From contig JALMLS010000326.1 in the NCBI GenBank assembly GCA_038496445.1, positions 17,373-81,372 of the forward strand: a stretch of DNA of 64,000 nt, read 5' to 3'. Positions 13,401-26,100 of the stretch are shown here, piece by piece. Position 1 is the stretch's first letter; each line of letters opens with the position of its first letter. Source of the stretch: Trichosphaerium sp. ATCC 40318 (taxonomy: Eukaryota; Protista; Tubulinea). A model generated the notes under the pieces. It did no database searches. It was not told where the DNA came from and saw nothing but the letters and a program-made list of their open reading frames with translations. Both the position numbers and the translations under genes were made by a program.

Positions 13401-13855
13401 TTTTGCATCTTTTGTTGTTTCAAGTGTAAACACTCCTCCTTCCAACTGAAATACGTTAACGCAAGTCTCTTTATCACTGTAGTACCTTGGTGTCGTCGGT
13501 GGATTTGTGCTCGATATCTACGATTACGAGCGGTCCTTCGTTCACTGTTAGTTTCAAAAAGAGGTGTTTGTGACGCACGGGTAGACGATAGGCCTTTGGT
13601 ACGACGTGAATACAAAAAAAGTTCTATGCAAACGGGTTGCTTGTAAACAAACCTACATCTGTTAAAACTGTATCAATAACGTATTTCATACCCAAAACAA
13701 CGCTCTTTATCCTGAGTAAACGCTTTCAGCGGCTTTTTCCACTGTTGATCCTCATTTAGCCGTATTCTAACCTTAGCAATGTTCTTGTTGGCATTGACCT
13801 TATCAATACGCAAATCGAACACACCAATAGGTTCGCGCTTCTGACTCACATCCAT
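10500..13855 (-). CDS. Uncharacterised multi-exon protein with N-terminal C2-like beta domain (could be two genes)
   Basis: Chain of GT-AG-linked exons from MDVSQKREPIGVFDLRIDKV to ...IGTMVLSLYIAF (C2-like) and onward. Recurrent GYxxx...FQRD motifs downstream. 3' end uncertain. Confidence 0.35.
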
Positions 13856-14078
13856 TGCCAGTTACAGACACTGTGAATAGCGTAGAGCAGTTAACTAACA
13901 CTTAACAGCATTTTAAAAGTTTGTACCGGCTTGTTGACGGTAAAAAATTACACGGGACATGTAAAATAATAACGGTATCCATCATTCATTCGTAGCGCTG
14001 TTTATTTTACATGCTCACGTGCCATAAGCGTGAAGGTATGTACAATTTATTGTGGTGGCTCCAGTGTAGAAAGTCTTG

Positions 14079-15103
14079 TCATTCTTCTACGTACGCGTTT
14101 ACTACCTTGCGCACATTGCGGCGATACTTGTGCAGCATAGCCAAGTTCAGTTGATTGTCGCTGAAACCCATTGCGTTTAGTTGGTGGATTCCTTTACTAT
14201 ACTTTTTAGGTATCCCGGACGAACCAGCAAAGTCTGGGTACATCACCTCGAAAGAGGCCATCAACTGTTGAATTTCTTCGTCTTCCTCGCTGGTAGTTAC
14301 TCTTTCTCTGTGCTTCCTCAAGCCCCTGCGCAGCCTTCTTAGTCTCTTGGCTACTCTTTTTGGGTTGGTAATCTCCAGTGGTCCATTTGCCAGCAGCTCT
14401 TTCACGTCCTCAAACAAGCTATCTGGTGTCAGTTGCCAGGTTTCCATAGCGTTGGCTAAACATGTACATGTTAGATTGTTACACTAAGAAAATACGTACC
14501 AACTTGGTGTTTGAATTGTAGCCTGGTGATTGGCGGTTCTGTAGTATTGAGGTATGCCTGTAGGCAATATGGTCAGCAAAAGAATTTATATTCACCGGTT
14601 TTGTAATACCTCCAATTGCTTGAGAAACGCTGTTTGTGCTTGCATATAGTTCGTATTTGTTGGCTCGTTTGTTGAATCTTCAAATGTCAACTCGGTCTCG
14701 TCGCAGGCCGGCAGAGGCGCACTATCGCCTACAGGCGCAATTCGCAAGGCAACCTAAAGTTTGTAAGCATCAGGAACATCCATTGAGATTTGTTGTTCAT
14801 GTTGTTTACCATTTTATTTTTCGATGCCACATGACGCGTTAAATGACTGATGCTCTCTTCAAGTTCCCTACAACATTGTGTCACGCGGTATTAAAATAGA
14901 AACGCATACAAATCTGAAGTAACTGCAATTCTATCCCCGTCCTCGTCTATGTACGTAAAAACGAAATCGTTCAATGCGAATGCAGAATACAAGGCTTTAG
15001 CATAGTTATGCAGCTCTGTGTACGAAGGATTACGTTGGAACGGTACAACCCTCTTTTGATCATTCAACGCCAACTGGATCGTTACCTGACCCTTCCTCCT
15101 CAT
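14079..15103 (-). CDS. PB1-UBA ubiquitin adaptor (p62/NBR1-like)
   Basis: PB1 OPCA motif FTYIDEDGDRIAVTSD at the N-terminus. UBA KYSKGIHQLNAMGFSDNQLNLAMLHKYRRNVRKVVNAY at the C-terminus. Confidence 0.85.
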
Positions 15104-15317
15104 CTCTTATTGTCTTAAAAATTTGGGTCTAAGTCTTGTGTTCAGATAACCTCGCTTGACCCCGAAACGCGGTTTTTGCAATGTTGCTGCAATAAGCTCG
15201 AAACTATTCGGTGGGTGAATAAGAATACTCAAATATGGTAACGAAATGCACTAAGCTCAAGTTGATGCAGAATGAACAGTTTCCCAGTGTCATTTTGATG
15301 GTTTTTTTTGTACATTT

Positions 15318-16474
15318 TTAGGTTTCAATAGCGTGATGGCTGTGAGCGCTGTGATCGTGCTGTGTGAATTCCTGACTTTCGTGTGTATGCGCATGGAAGT
15401 GGGATACCAGAAGCATAACAGCAATGCCGAGAACAAGGATCAGAAATTTTTTGAAACGCTCGCGACGTGTTGGTTGTTTTTTATCGTGTGCATCGTGACC
15501 ATCACCAAACTCTTCTACGATTACTTCAACCAAAGCCACATAAATAAATGTGCCTAAAGATGTGTCAAGATCTGGGGAATTTACCTTCAAAAGCAAATGG
15601 CAAAAAAAAGGTGTACCAGCTGCAACGGCTTTCATGGATTCAGCAATCATTGAGTTGGCTGTACCAAATGCAAAGTGCGTAAAGAACATTGCAACAAGGA
15701 TGCCAATCGGTGTCGTTGCTGCAAACACTGACACTACTTTCAGGATTTGTTTGGTGCCTACATTTGCCTTAACAAGAGAAACACCAAGAGCAAAGCCTAT
15801 AAAATATATGTCAGTACGTGTGAGTGCCATCCGTTGTAAGGTGCCAGCACGTACCTGCGAAGAATTTGTGCGCTACAATAGCTATCAAAATTGCGGATGT
15901 TTCATTTGCTGTATCTTCAACGCCAACAGCAAGTCCTTGTGTAGTATGTAAGCGCCAGGCTTTTGATCACTATTGAGTGTCAAATCTCGGGAAAGACGTG
16001 CCTTCTATGAGAGAGTGGACGCCTAGGAGGGTTGCGAGGACATACATATTGAGTTGCTGTGCAGGGCGTTTGCGTGACATCTGATCTTCTTCATCGTGAA
16101 CCATGACTGCTTGCACGCCGTGCGAATGCCCATGTTCGCCAGGGCTCATTAACACGCGCTCAACAAATAACGGAAGCAATAATCCCACAATGCAACACAA
16201 ATAAGCGTAGTAGCTACAAAACGTGAGCGACATACATCAGCGCGTCGTACGCATCAACTCCTTGCTGTTCAAATCCATGTATCGCTTCTTCAAGCATATG
16301 CATAAGCCCTGCTGCCAGGAAAATACCACCAGAGAAGGCGTTGCCAAGAGATAGTAATTGGCGAGATTGCTTACGTAGAGGTATCACTCCACCAACAAAT
16401 GCTATTAGCGCGATAAACGCTGCGGCGCCTATCTTAAAAAGTGCCAACGAGCCAGCACTGTCTTTATCTGACAT
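15318..16474 (-). CDS. ZIP (SLC39) zinc/iron transporter
   Basis: GNAFSGGIFLAAGLMHML, His-rich loop HGHSHG, LGVHSLIEGLAVG, TTPIGI, GTFIYVALVE. Confidence 0.92.
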
Positions 16475-16617
16475 CCAAACAAAATGGTGATAAAATGCTA
16501 TAAATAATTGGTACAACAGCTGGTTTGTACGTAGAGAGTGGTGTAAAAAAAGCCAAAAACCCTGCGAAATTCAGCTAAGTTGACTTAGCACTACAGAATA
16601 ACGATCAGGATGTACTA

Positions 16618-19600
16618 ATGAGTGAAGGTACGTTATGGCGCATAAAAACAGAACTATGTGGGCTTACCAGCTTAGGCGTATCGAATTCCTCAACGCCTAC
16701 AGATCGGCTGTTAAAACGGTCGGCAAATAGCGGTCGCATGCTTTTAAATGTAGTAGAAGGTGGTGGCGCATCTGTTGGTGATGACAGTGTTCACGAGGTT
16801 ATAAAACAAGTTAACGACCATGCCCTAAAGTCTAAAAACGAGGAGGTACACATATCACATTGGCGCTTTCGCTCATTATTTGGTCTGGTAGATATTACGA
16901 CTTTCTGAAGATAAAAATACGCTAGAAGCTCGGCTACGCTCCAAAGATCGCGAGTTAACGCGTATGAAAGCTCTTTTGAGTCGGTACAAACATGCACTAA
17001 ACCAGGAGGACCCATCAGTACAACAGGTTCGCCTTCTAATATTTCTTACAAACGTGTTTTCTGTGCAATAATTTCCTCCACTCTATTAATAACCAGTACT
17101 TTAGTTTAACGTTTCAGAAAAAGAGGATATGGATTGGGATAATGTGCGCAAAGCCAACCAAGAAGTTGAACAGTTGAAAGGTGCAATGGTACATACGATT
17201 GTATAATATGTCGCTAAACATCTGTAGGCATCACCTGTCGGCGATAGTAAAGCCCCTTGCAATGATGGTAGACTCAGAGGTAGGGCTTTGTCAAAGGCTG
17301 TAGAGGCTGTCAGAAAAAAGACAGACAAGCCACCAAAGGAGGGTGAGGAGGCTGATGATGAGAAAAAAGACGGCAAACCACTCACGTAGGTGCTTGAAAT
17401 CTGAAGCGAGGTACTCACTTGGAGTAGGCGTTCGAATTCCCGTTGGGGATTGGTAAATGTCAAACAATTGGCGGCGATGAGAAGCAAGTCTATCGTACGT
17501 GCTTTTAAAATGGTAGTAATTGGCGCTACTGAACACCACGTGACTGATGAATATTAAATGTTCCCTAGGGAGCGACTGAGGTCGTTTATGACACACCTGA
17601 AGCGTGTGTTGAGATCTTATCACAAGCTTTGTACAAAGCAATCTTTTACATTTTACCTCAATCTAAATGAGGTGTAGGCCACCTGTATCACGGAAACTGA
17701 GGTTAACTCAACTGATGAAGATACGCCAACGCATAGAAGAATCAGACAAAGTTTGGTTGCAAGAATTTTTCGATCAAGGTGAGTAGAAATCAAAACTGAA
17801 GAAATGGTGCTTAGTACCACGTGTTCGTTGTAGGTGCTATGAATAGTTTGGTCAAGATATTGGAATTGTATGAATCAGAGCCGACAAAAAAGTTTGATGT
17901 TGTAATGTGTCAGTTGCAGACACTGCAATGTATCAAGGCAATGATAAACAACGAGAATGGCATCGAGACTTTGCTGCAAAGCAAGGACAATGTGAGTATT
18001 TTATTGATGCTGTTTGAAGTATTCACATAGCGCTATAGATCCTTCAATACTTGATACCATTTGTGGATAGATCTCAAAACCTATTGATGAAAGTGCAGTT
18101 TGTCACACTCATGTCAACACTTGTCATGTATAACCAAGACGGATACCAAGTAGTCCGATGCACGTTTAGAAATATGCGACCTACAGTTGCCTAACAAAAC
18201 TCTAGCCGAATACGAGCAAGGACCTACGCTCGAATCAATAGTAAATTCGCTAGAGAACGAGACAGGCAAGTAACTTACTTACAACACAGTCGTTTCAATT
18301 AATGCTGATCAGATAAGTCTCTTCAAAGGGCATACCTTCAACTATTAAATGCTATTATTATAAGCACTAAAGGTCTAGGCGACCGTGTCAAGTTTAGAGG
18401 TTTTTTGGAGAAACAAGGATTACGTAGGATTGTAGATAGTCTATTTAAAGACAAATCCGATCCTTTATTACATACACAAACTCAAGTGTACCTTATATCT
18501 AGCTCAAGAGATAAAGACAAGGTTAAAGAGTTGTCAGTTATCGATGGTATCAATTTGGAAGATCATAAATCTATATTAGATCGTTTAATGGAACAGTCCA
18601 AATCTTGTGGTAGCGGTACACTTACTACATATAAAAGTTGGCATTAATATTAATCTGCGATAGAAACTTCCCTTCTTAATATCCTGCGGCAATTTTTGCT
18701 CATACCAACAAATAAGAGTCCTTTACGGGATCAAATGTGGAATTGTATTGAAATGTCAGTACAAAGAGCTGTCAGATCGGAAACTGTTGAACAAGTCAAG
18801 CGAATAGATGTAGAGGAAATGCATATAGAGCTAGAGATGCTCAAGGGTACGTTTGTTGTTACTAATTGACTGTTTGTAACATATACACCAGAACTAGCAG
18901 CACCATTACCTCCCGATTCAGTATCCAACGATGCATCCCTAGTTGAGGAGGACGTAGTCCCATCTCCTGTTGTAGCTGCCCCACCCCCGCCACCACCACC
19001 TCCCGGCATGGGTGGCCCACCTCCACCGCCTCCGCCACCTCCTGGAATACCTGGACCACCACCTCCCCCAGGCATGCCAGGCCCACCCCCGCCTCCTCTA
19101 GCTCCAGGAGCTCCCCCTGGACCACCACCACCACCAGGCATGGGCGGACCACCACCTCCTCCTGGTATGCCTCGTGTGGCCAGACCTGTAGAGATAAAGC
19201 CGTCTGTCAAATTACGACCTTTCTTTTGGCAAAAGGTTCCCACAAATAATACACCTGTTTTTTGGAAAGGTTCGCAAACTATTGACGGGATGGGAGGTAA
19301 TAATTACTTATTTAGAATTGGATGTACAAAAGCACGCTTTGGATGAAGAGTTTAGAGCTATATTAGAGAAGGCCTTCATGCACAAAAAGAAGGACAAAAA
19401 GCCAATTGTCCAATCATCCAAAAAGGCGCCTACCACTGTACAGCTTCTGGACACCAAGCGAGCCAACAATATAGGTGCGTCAATGGCACATGTTTTTAAA
19501 AACCAAGTTGTGTTGTTGACATTACTTTTATAGCGATAATACGTACTCAGTTCAAGTGCAGCGATAAACAATTGCGAGATGCTATAGTTAATGTCAATCC

Positions 19601-21020
19601 TAAATTAAAACCAGAGGCATTGAAAGCGCTGTTGAATTACATACCATCATCTGAAGAGGTATATTTGTTTTTTGTGATTTAGTTGCTATGGTCGAACTAA
19701 CCAGATCTGATAGCGAGAAATGTTGTTAAACTACACAGGTGATAAGACTGTACTTGGGAAGGCAGAGCGTTTCTGCATGGTTATTGTGACGATACCAAAG
19801 TTGGCTAAGGTGCTAGAAACCTCCATATTTAAAAAAGAGTTTGCTCTTAAAATCGCAAAAATACAAAATGTACCCAAAATAGATGGCGGTATTTGCTGGG
19901 TTTGACTCACTCTCTAATACATAGGACGTATCGCTACTTAGCACGCTATTGACAAATATACGGTCAAGCTCGAGGTTGGCACACTTGTTTACTGTCCTCC
20001 TTCATACTGGCAATTTCATAAATGCAGGGACAAGAAGAGGAAGAGCAAATGGCTTCAAGCTAGACTCACTAAATAAATTCAAGGATGCAAGATCCTCAGC
20101 ACAATCTAACGTAAATCTACTGCACTTGCTATGTGATTACCTAAGAGAAAAGCATCGCGTTGCTCTACTCTGGCAAAAAGATTTCGTATCGCTTGACAAG
20201 GCAATGCAAGGTACCACCATCCCTTACACTGTGGTGATATATTAACACAATTAACTCTACAACAGTTGACTTTGATCAAATGAATTCTGAAGTGTTCGAC
20301 CTTAAAAAACGTCACCGCGAGTTGGTCAAATTTGTGGAGAATGGTGATCCTGTTGGAGAAGAATTTGATAAATACAGAAACATAATGGAGGTAGTAACGG
20401 CTTTATCACCCTCGTTTGCCTTGGATATCAGATGATCTAATTATTTGCAAAAGGATTTCTCAAGCGAGGCTGCTTTGGAGATAACACTTATTTATGACCA
20501 ATTTACCGAGCTTGATGCACTCAAAAAAAAGGTGTTCAAAGACTTTGGTGTTAAACCTGCGACCAAGTTACTTGACTTTTTAAAGATTTACCAGGATTTT
20601 GGAGAGAGCTTCAAGGTTTCAACAACTCAAAATGATTCCGTGCTCAAAGTCTATGTAGGTATGCCGCGTTCAAAATAAGAGAAGGGCCTTAGCTGAGGCC
20701 AAAAGGCTGAAACAAGAAGCCAAGGATAAGGCTAAAGCATCACGCTCAAAGTCTTCGCCAAAGTACGTTATCAATAGTCCAATACTGGTATTAACAAAAT
20801 TTTGTATAGGGTGGAGCGATCAGCTGACGAAAAGCGGGTACACGTGCAAACCAATGACTATTGTTTATACTAACTGGTATTTTAGAGCCAGCTCAACAGG
20901 TTAGATAAACGAAAGGAAAAGCGAAAGAACAGAAGAGGTTCTGACAGGAAAAGGGATAATGGAACAGGTGTTCTAGATAGGATAGCTGATTCACTACTCA
21001 ATGGAGACTTTGAAGTATAA
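16618..21020 (+). CDS. Diaphanous-related formin (GBD/FH3-FH1-FH2, probable DAD)
   Basis: WLQEFFDQG...CIKAMINNENG (GBD/FH3), polyproline FH1, and FH2 motifs KLRPFFWQKV, LLDTKRANNI, LHTGNFINAGTRRGRANGFKLDSL. C-terminal GVLDRIADSLLNG. Confidence 0.93.
18979..19170 (+). repeat. Formin FH1 polyproline coding repeat (GM/GI-PGPPPPP units)
   Basis: C-rich CCN repeats encoding PPPPPPGMGGPPPPPPPPPGIPGPPPPPGMPG... Confidence 0.9.
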
Positions 21021-21111
21021 GGAAGGGAATCACAGACAACACAGAGAGATGCATCGATTCACGTTGAATGAAGCACAAAATAAAAAAACCAAAACGAACA
21101 TTTATTTATAT

Positions 21112-22990
21112 CTACAAGTTGTCGTCAGAAATTAGTGACCCTCCATCTTGTCCACCATAGCTTCTTGGCCTTTCGTCTGAAAGAAGGTTTTTAATTGGTT
21201 TGATGGAAAAATACTGCTCAGCTCTTAACAAAAAAATTAGGTGATATGATACATTTTTTGTGGTTTTTTTACCTTGTTGGCCAAAGCAAATAGTTGAGGA
21301 AACCTAGAACCAACGTGTTACTGCAGATGACCAATGAGTCAACCATTGTAATTTTCTTTGGGAATGAAGAGTTTATGGCTTCAGCGAGTATCACATAAAA
21401 TATGAGAGACAAATACCTACAAAATATTTTTAGACATGAGGCTACTGCTCCTTCGTACCAAACAGAGAATCCAACAGTAAAGAAAATATAAAATCTTCTC
21501 TTTTCAGGGATACTCTCAAGTTTGTACGTGTGATAAATGCACCACAAGAACCAACCCATTGTCGCCACCCTATCAACGAAGATTTAGTACTGTTGCTTTT
21601 TTATATAATGGCACGTGGCATTAGAAGCGCACCTGAGGATGAGGACTATGATTCCAGGAACGCTATCATAGAAATATATAGTAGATGCTGGATCCCTTCC
21701 AACAACTAGATACCATGATGTTAGCCACCCAATGTTCAGTAAAAAAAACGGAATTAAAAAAAATTCTATAATTTAGTGTGCGTGCCATCCCAAATAAAGA
21801 GTGCCAGGTAGGCAATCACGAGGTTAGCCAGGACTACTATAATGATATTGCGCTGTGTGAGGTAGTTGGATGTTATTGCCCAACCTTTGGCGATCAGGAT
21901 AGACAAAAACATGAGCACTATTATTGCTGCAATGTGTAACACTTTGTAGCAAAGTAAACAAAATACTTAGTAACGTAAAAAAAAATAGCGTACAGTCTCC
22001 AAAGCCTTTCAAACCAGGTGCACCCTGACCATTGCTGGCATATATAGCATAGTGAACAAAGTGACAAAGTAGTGAGAATTGTTGTAGTAACAGTGCGGTA
22101 GAGAGCAATTTTACAATCTAAGCAGCAGTGTAAGATTACATAAAACTCATTCTCAAGGGGTTGATCTGCATCACTGCCTACCGGGTGAAAAGCTCCTAGT
22201 TTATATAGTTTCCATGCCCCGTACGCGTGCACTGTAATACCAACCATATAAGTTAGCCAGAATATGAGATAGACGTAAATCATGCCTAGCACAAAACTAT
22301 CAATTTTCACGTGTCAATTTTTATATGTTTACCGGCTTCATCATACGAAAACTCAGTGTCCCATGGCCCACCAGGATTGGTCATATGTATTGTATAATTA
22401 TGAAGGTCAATACCTGTTTGAAAATTGTTAAATAATGGCACTGTGGATTTCTCAAAAAAAAAATCGAATTTAAGGTTCGAACCTGTATCTGACTTGCAAT
22501 CGATCACAGCAAAATAGTAATACTTGGCATGTCCTTCCTCTAATCCTCCTATACGTTCTTCGATGCCTGACATGATTGGTTTGTTGAAGAAGGCTATAAT
22601 AACGTCAGTACAAGAAAGTTATAGTTTTGCAATTTAGGTTTGAAGTTTCGGCACTAGTAAATGAGGTCGTACACTTTGTCAGCTTTTCATTGCACGTCGA
22701 ATCCTTTTTGTATACCTCTTTCCACGCGCTGTCAGTGTACACAGCGAATCTTGGGTCGGAAGATTTATTTGCGAGATAAATAGTGTACTCAAACGCTGGT
22801 ATTGGTGGATGGGCCGCGTAGCAGAACTTGGTGAGATAGTGGAACGCTCTGTCGGTGTCTAAATCTCCTAATGTACGAGTTATTGATGAATTGACGTAGA
22901 TTGTGTGCCCTGTGCGACTTTGGAGTGTGTAGTTTCAAAAAGTACGATCAAAATCACCAGCGTTATATTTATCAGTTTATTGTACACCAT
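21112..22990 (-). CDS. GPR180/TMEM145-like 7TM membrane protein
   Basis: Signal peptide, YLTKFCY, YYYFAVIDC, HMTNPGGPWDTEFSYDE, HYAIYASNGQG, LIAKGWAI, RDPASTIYFYDSVPG, LLWPTR. Confidence 0.85.
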
Positions 22991-23175
22991 GGTGAATAGT
23001 AAACTATCGGCTTGCCAGAGTGGGTGTTAATTGCCAAATCTATGGTGGTATGTCAACCCAAAAAAAAACCGAACAATTTGAGTTGTACAACATTTGACTT
23101 TTGGTGCACAAGAAATACAGTAGAAACCGGTAAATTTAACATACACGCACTGGTTGTGTTATGCTATAATCAAAA

Positions 23176-26100
23176 ATGAAGCGAAAAAGCGAAGATTTGG
23201 CAAACCCACAGTCCAAGCGTTTACGTACGATTAACACGAACAAGGTGCGTAGTCTATTAGTTTTATGGTTGTAACGGCATCAGAACTCCCATGTGGAACG
23301 AGTGGAAAGACTTGACGTAGATATATTTCGTACAGAGAGGTGCGGGGCGTACTACTACATGATTTTATGCGTTTTTCTGTTTTTCGTGCAAAGTGGTTCA
23401 TGACATTTTTCTCAACTTTCTTAATACCATATTACGCGCAAGTAGCACATAAAACTACTGTTAGCATCTTCAAAAATAAATTACAAAGATCAGTGGTGTT
23501 AAATTTGGTTATAGGGTATTCCGTGAGGCTCCTGATGGCATTACGAGTAATATACACAGAGATCTACCACTTTTTGCGGACCTAGCAAGTGACGCGTTTA
23601 TACGCGTAGCAGACGTACGTTGTAACGCAAAGACCATAACAGGGCTAACAAATCAAAAGATTTTACAAATTTCACTTTTAACAACCATGGGAACAAAAAA
23701 ATTTCAGGGCACTCATCATTTCTAACACTGCTTGCAGGAGCTTCAACCATACGTTGCTACATTACCACAAGTTATCGTTAACAAGGACAAAATTATTAAA
23801 ATCATTTTCGACAGCATTTACAAGCACAGGCATCACAACGACAAATATTTGATAGCGAGACTTCTTGGCTCATTTGCAAGAGACTTACAAGCAGATTTTT
23901 ATCCATATTTTCCAGAAGTAATGAAGCGCCTCTATCCTCTTGTAGACGCGACAAAACCTGAGCCTAATGAGTCTCTATTCACTACAATAACTTACATATT
24001 CAAATATTTGCAAGCGCAGTTGGTTGAGGACTTTGAAGATGTGTTCGTTATGTACAGAAGATACCTCAAGAGTTCAAAATGGTGGCTTCGTCAATTCGTT
24101 GCTGAGAGTTTTTCTTTTCTTGTAAGGAAACTTCCAGAAGAGCGCATGGATGAAATGATTAAGTTGATGCTAAAGAAACCAAAAGAGTTAGAAAAGTGGC
24201 AAATCTACTCTGTCAACGGATACCAAAAGACAATCATGCTTATCTTGTTTTATGCAGCGAGAGGTGTAGCAAAGAATTTAAATTCAAAGAGCAAAGCTAT
24301 ACTGCCTGCTCTTTTAAAATATTTGCACATTCATCCAGGTCAAGACAGAGCACTATATGGTACGTATCATAAATGTGTAGCAATATTGGTCATGTACATA
24401 TTTTAATGGGTTGTTTTAGATTGGAGCGTACCTATCATTGACAATGTCTTCGACAAGTTGCAGTTTCACACTATAAAGGGTGACCGTAAATCTCTTGTGG
24501 ATGTATTGGTAAATGAAGGTCTCAAACCTCTTGCGCGCAAAGGCAGCGGTGGCAAAGATACTGCAATATATTTACAGCACTACCTCAAGATAGTATTGCG
24601 CATCATCTCGTATTATCAAGATGTCTTCGGTACCCACATGATTTATGCCTTTGTTGCATCTCACCTCATTTTCTAGGGTGGACAGTTGATGCTGTAGCAG
24701 GGGCTTTAGCCAAGCTTCTGAAAAGCAAAGACATGGGTAAAATGTGCAACACAGCGCCTACCATCAGAGAGCACATTACAGATATTTTTTCAAAATTGTG
24801 TGAGTTAGTAGGAAGAGGTGCTATGGACGGAAATGTTATGGTTTCTATTAGAACAGCACTTAAAGGTAACCAAAAAAATTTAACATGATCGAGTTGTCAC
24901 CACTCACTCGCCTTGTTTAGCATTATATGATTCTGATATTGACATTCCATCTATACTTACGATAACACGTGTTCTCGCGCCTATCAATAAGGATTTCTCT
25001 GCTTATGTCCTAGAGTTGTTCAACGGTTATCTATGCGGTCTCACAAGTGGCATATCTTCAAACTTATGTCGTGAGCTTGTTGCAACATTAACAGCATTAT
25101 CAGACTCCAACCCAGAATTCACAATCTCCACGCCAACTGTTGTTGAAGGATGGATAAAGACTCGGTTGTCTAAAGCTACATTCGAAGGAGACGCAGAAAA
25201 GGATAACGACACTTTTATTGATTTAGCTGTTATTTGCAAGTCAATACCACACTTGACGCTTAAACTCCCTGCAAAAAAAATGGCAAAGTGGATTACAGAA
25301 ATTCTTGAAAGCGCAATAGCCGCATACAAATCGTACGTGGATTCAGTATTGTTAGTTTAAATTGGTCGTTGTATTTATTTTTTTCTTTAGAGTCACACAA
25401 GAAGACAGAGGAAGATTACTCAACGTTGCCTTGTCTAAACTCATCACAACGCTCGCTTCATACCCACACCTTCCGAAAGAAACTATGTACCAAATAATGG
25501 AAAGGTACGTTGGTGTATAAAATGCAAAGTACTTTTGAGTAGGTTGCTTATTTCTTATTAAGGTATATTGACGCTAAAATCTTTGATCCATCGATCGTGT
25601 TTGGTTTTGCTAAGCTTGTTAAAGCGATTGCACCTCCAAGCAAATCAATTGGATTTCCTGACATGATTCGAGACAAATTTTATGAATTGTTGATGGTAAA
25701 GAACTCCCACTACAGAATGGGTGCTCTTCAGTCTCTTACAGCTGCTTATCCGACCTTGCAACCGATTTTGGATACTGCTATAGAATTGGATGCGTTACCG
25801 CGTGATCCTCGCCACTCTCTTGGACAGCGTGTCATTCAGAAGCTTCAAGAATTATCAAGGAGCGTATCCAGCACAAGTATGGAGATTGGTGTTATATTAC
25901 GAGTTCTCTTTGGATTTATTTATATCCCATTTACGCCTTGGCATATCGCTGCGCGTACTGCATTGGGTGTTATTGCAGAGGAACATTACGAGCCGTTCAC
26001 TGCTATATTTTTACCACTCTTCAAAACGACATACGTCAAACGAAAACTCATGAACTCCACGTTCAGAAATGAGAGGTTTGCACAGCAGGTGCGTTTGTTG

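Noticed and set aside
18731-19243. Gly-rich 170-aa minus-strand ORF
   Set aside because: Antisense shadow of the formin polyproline FH1 region.
22470-22486. GGTTCGAACC resembling a tRNA T-loop/B-box
   Set aside because: It is the 5' end of an intron of the GPR180-like gene on the minus strand, and no cloverleaf surrounds it.
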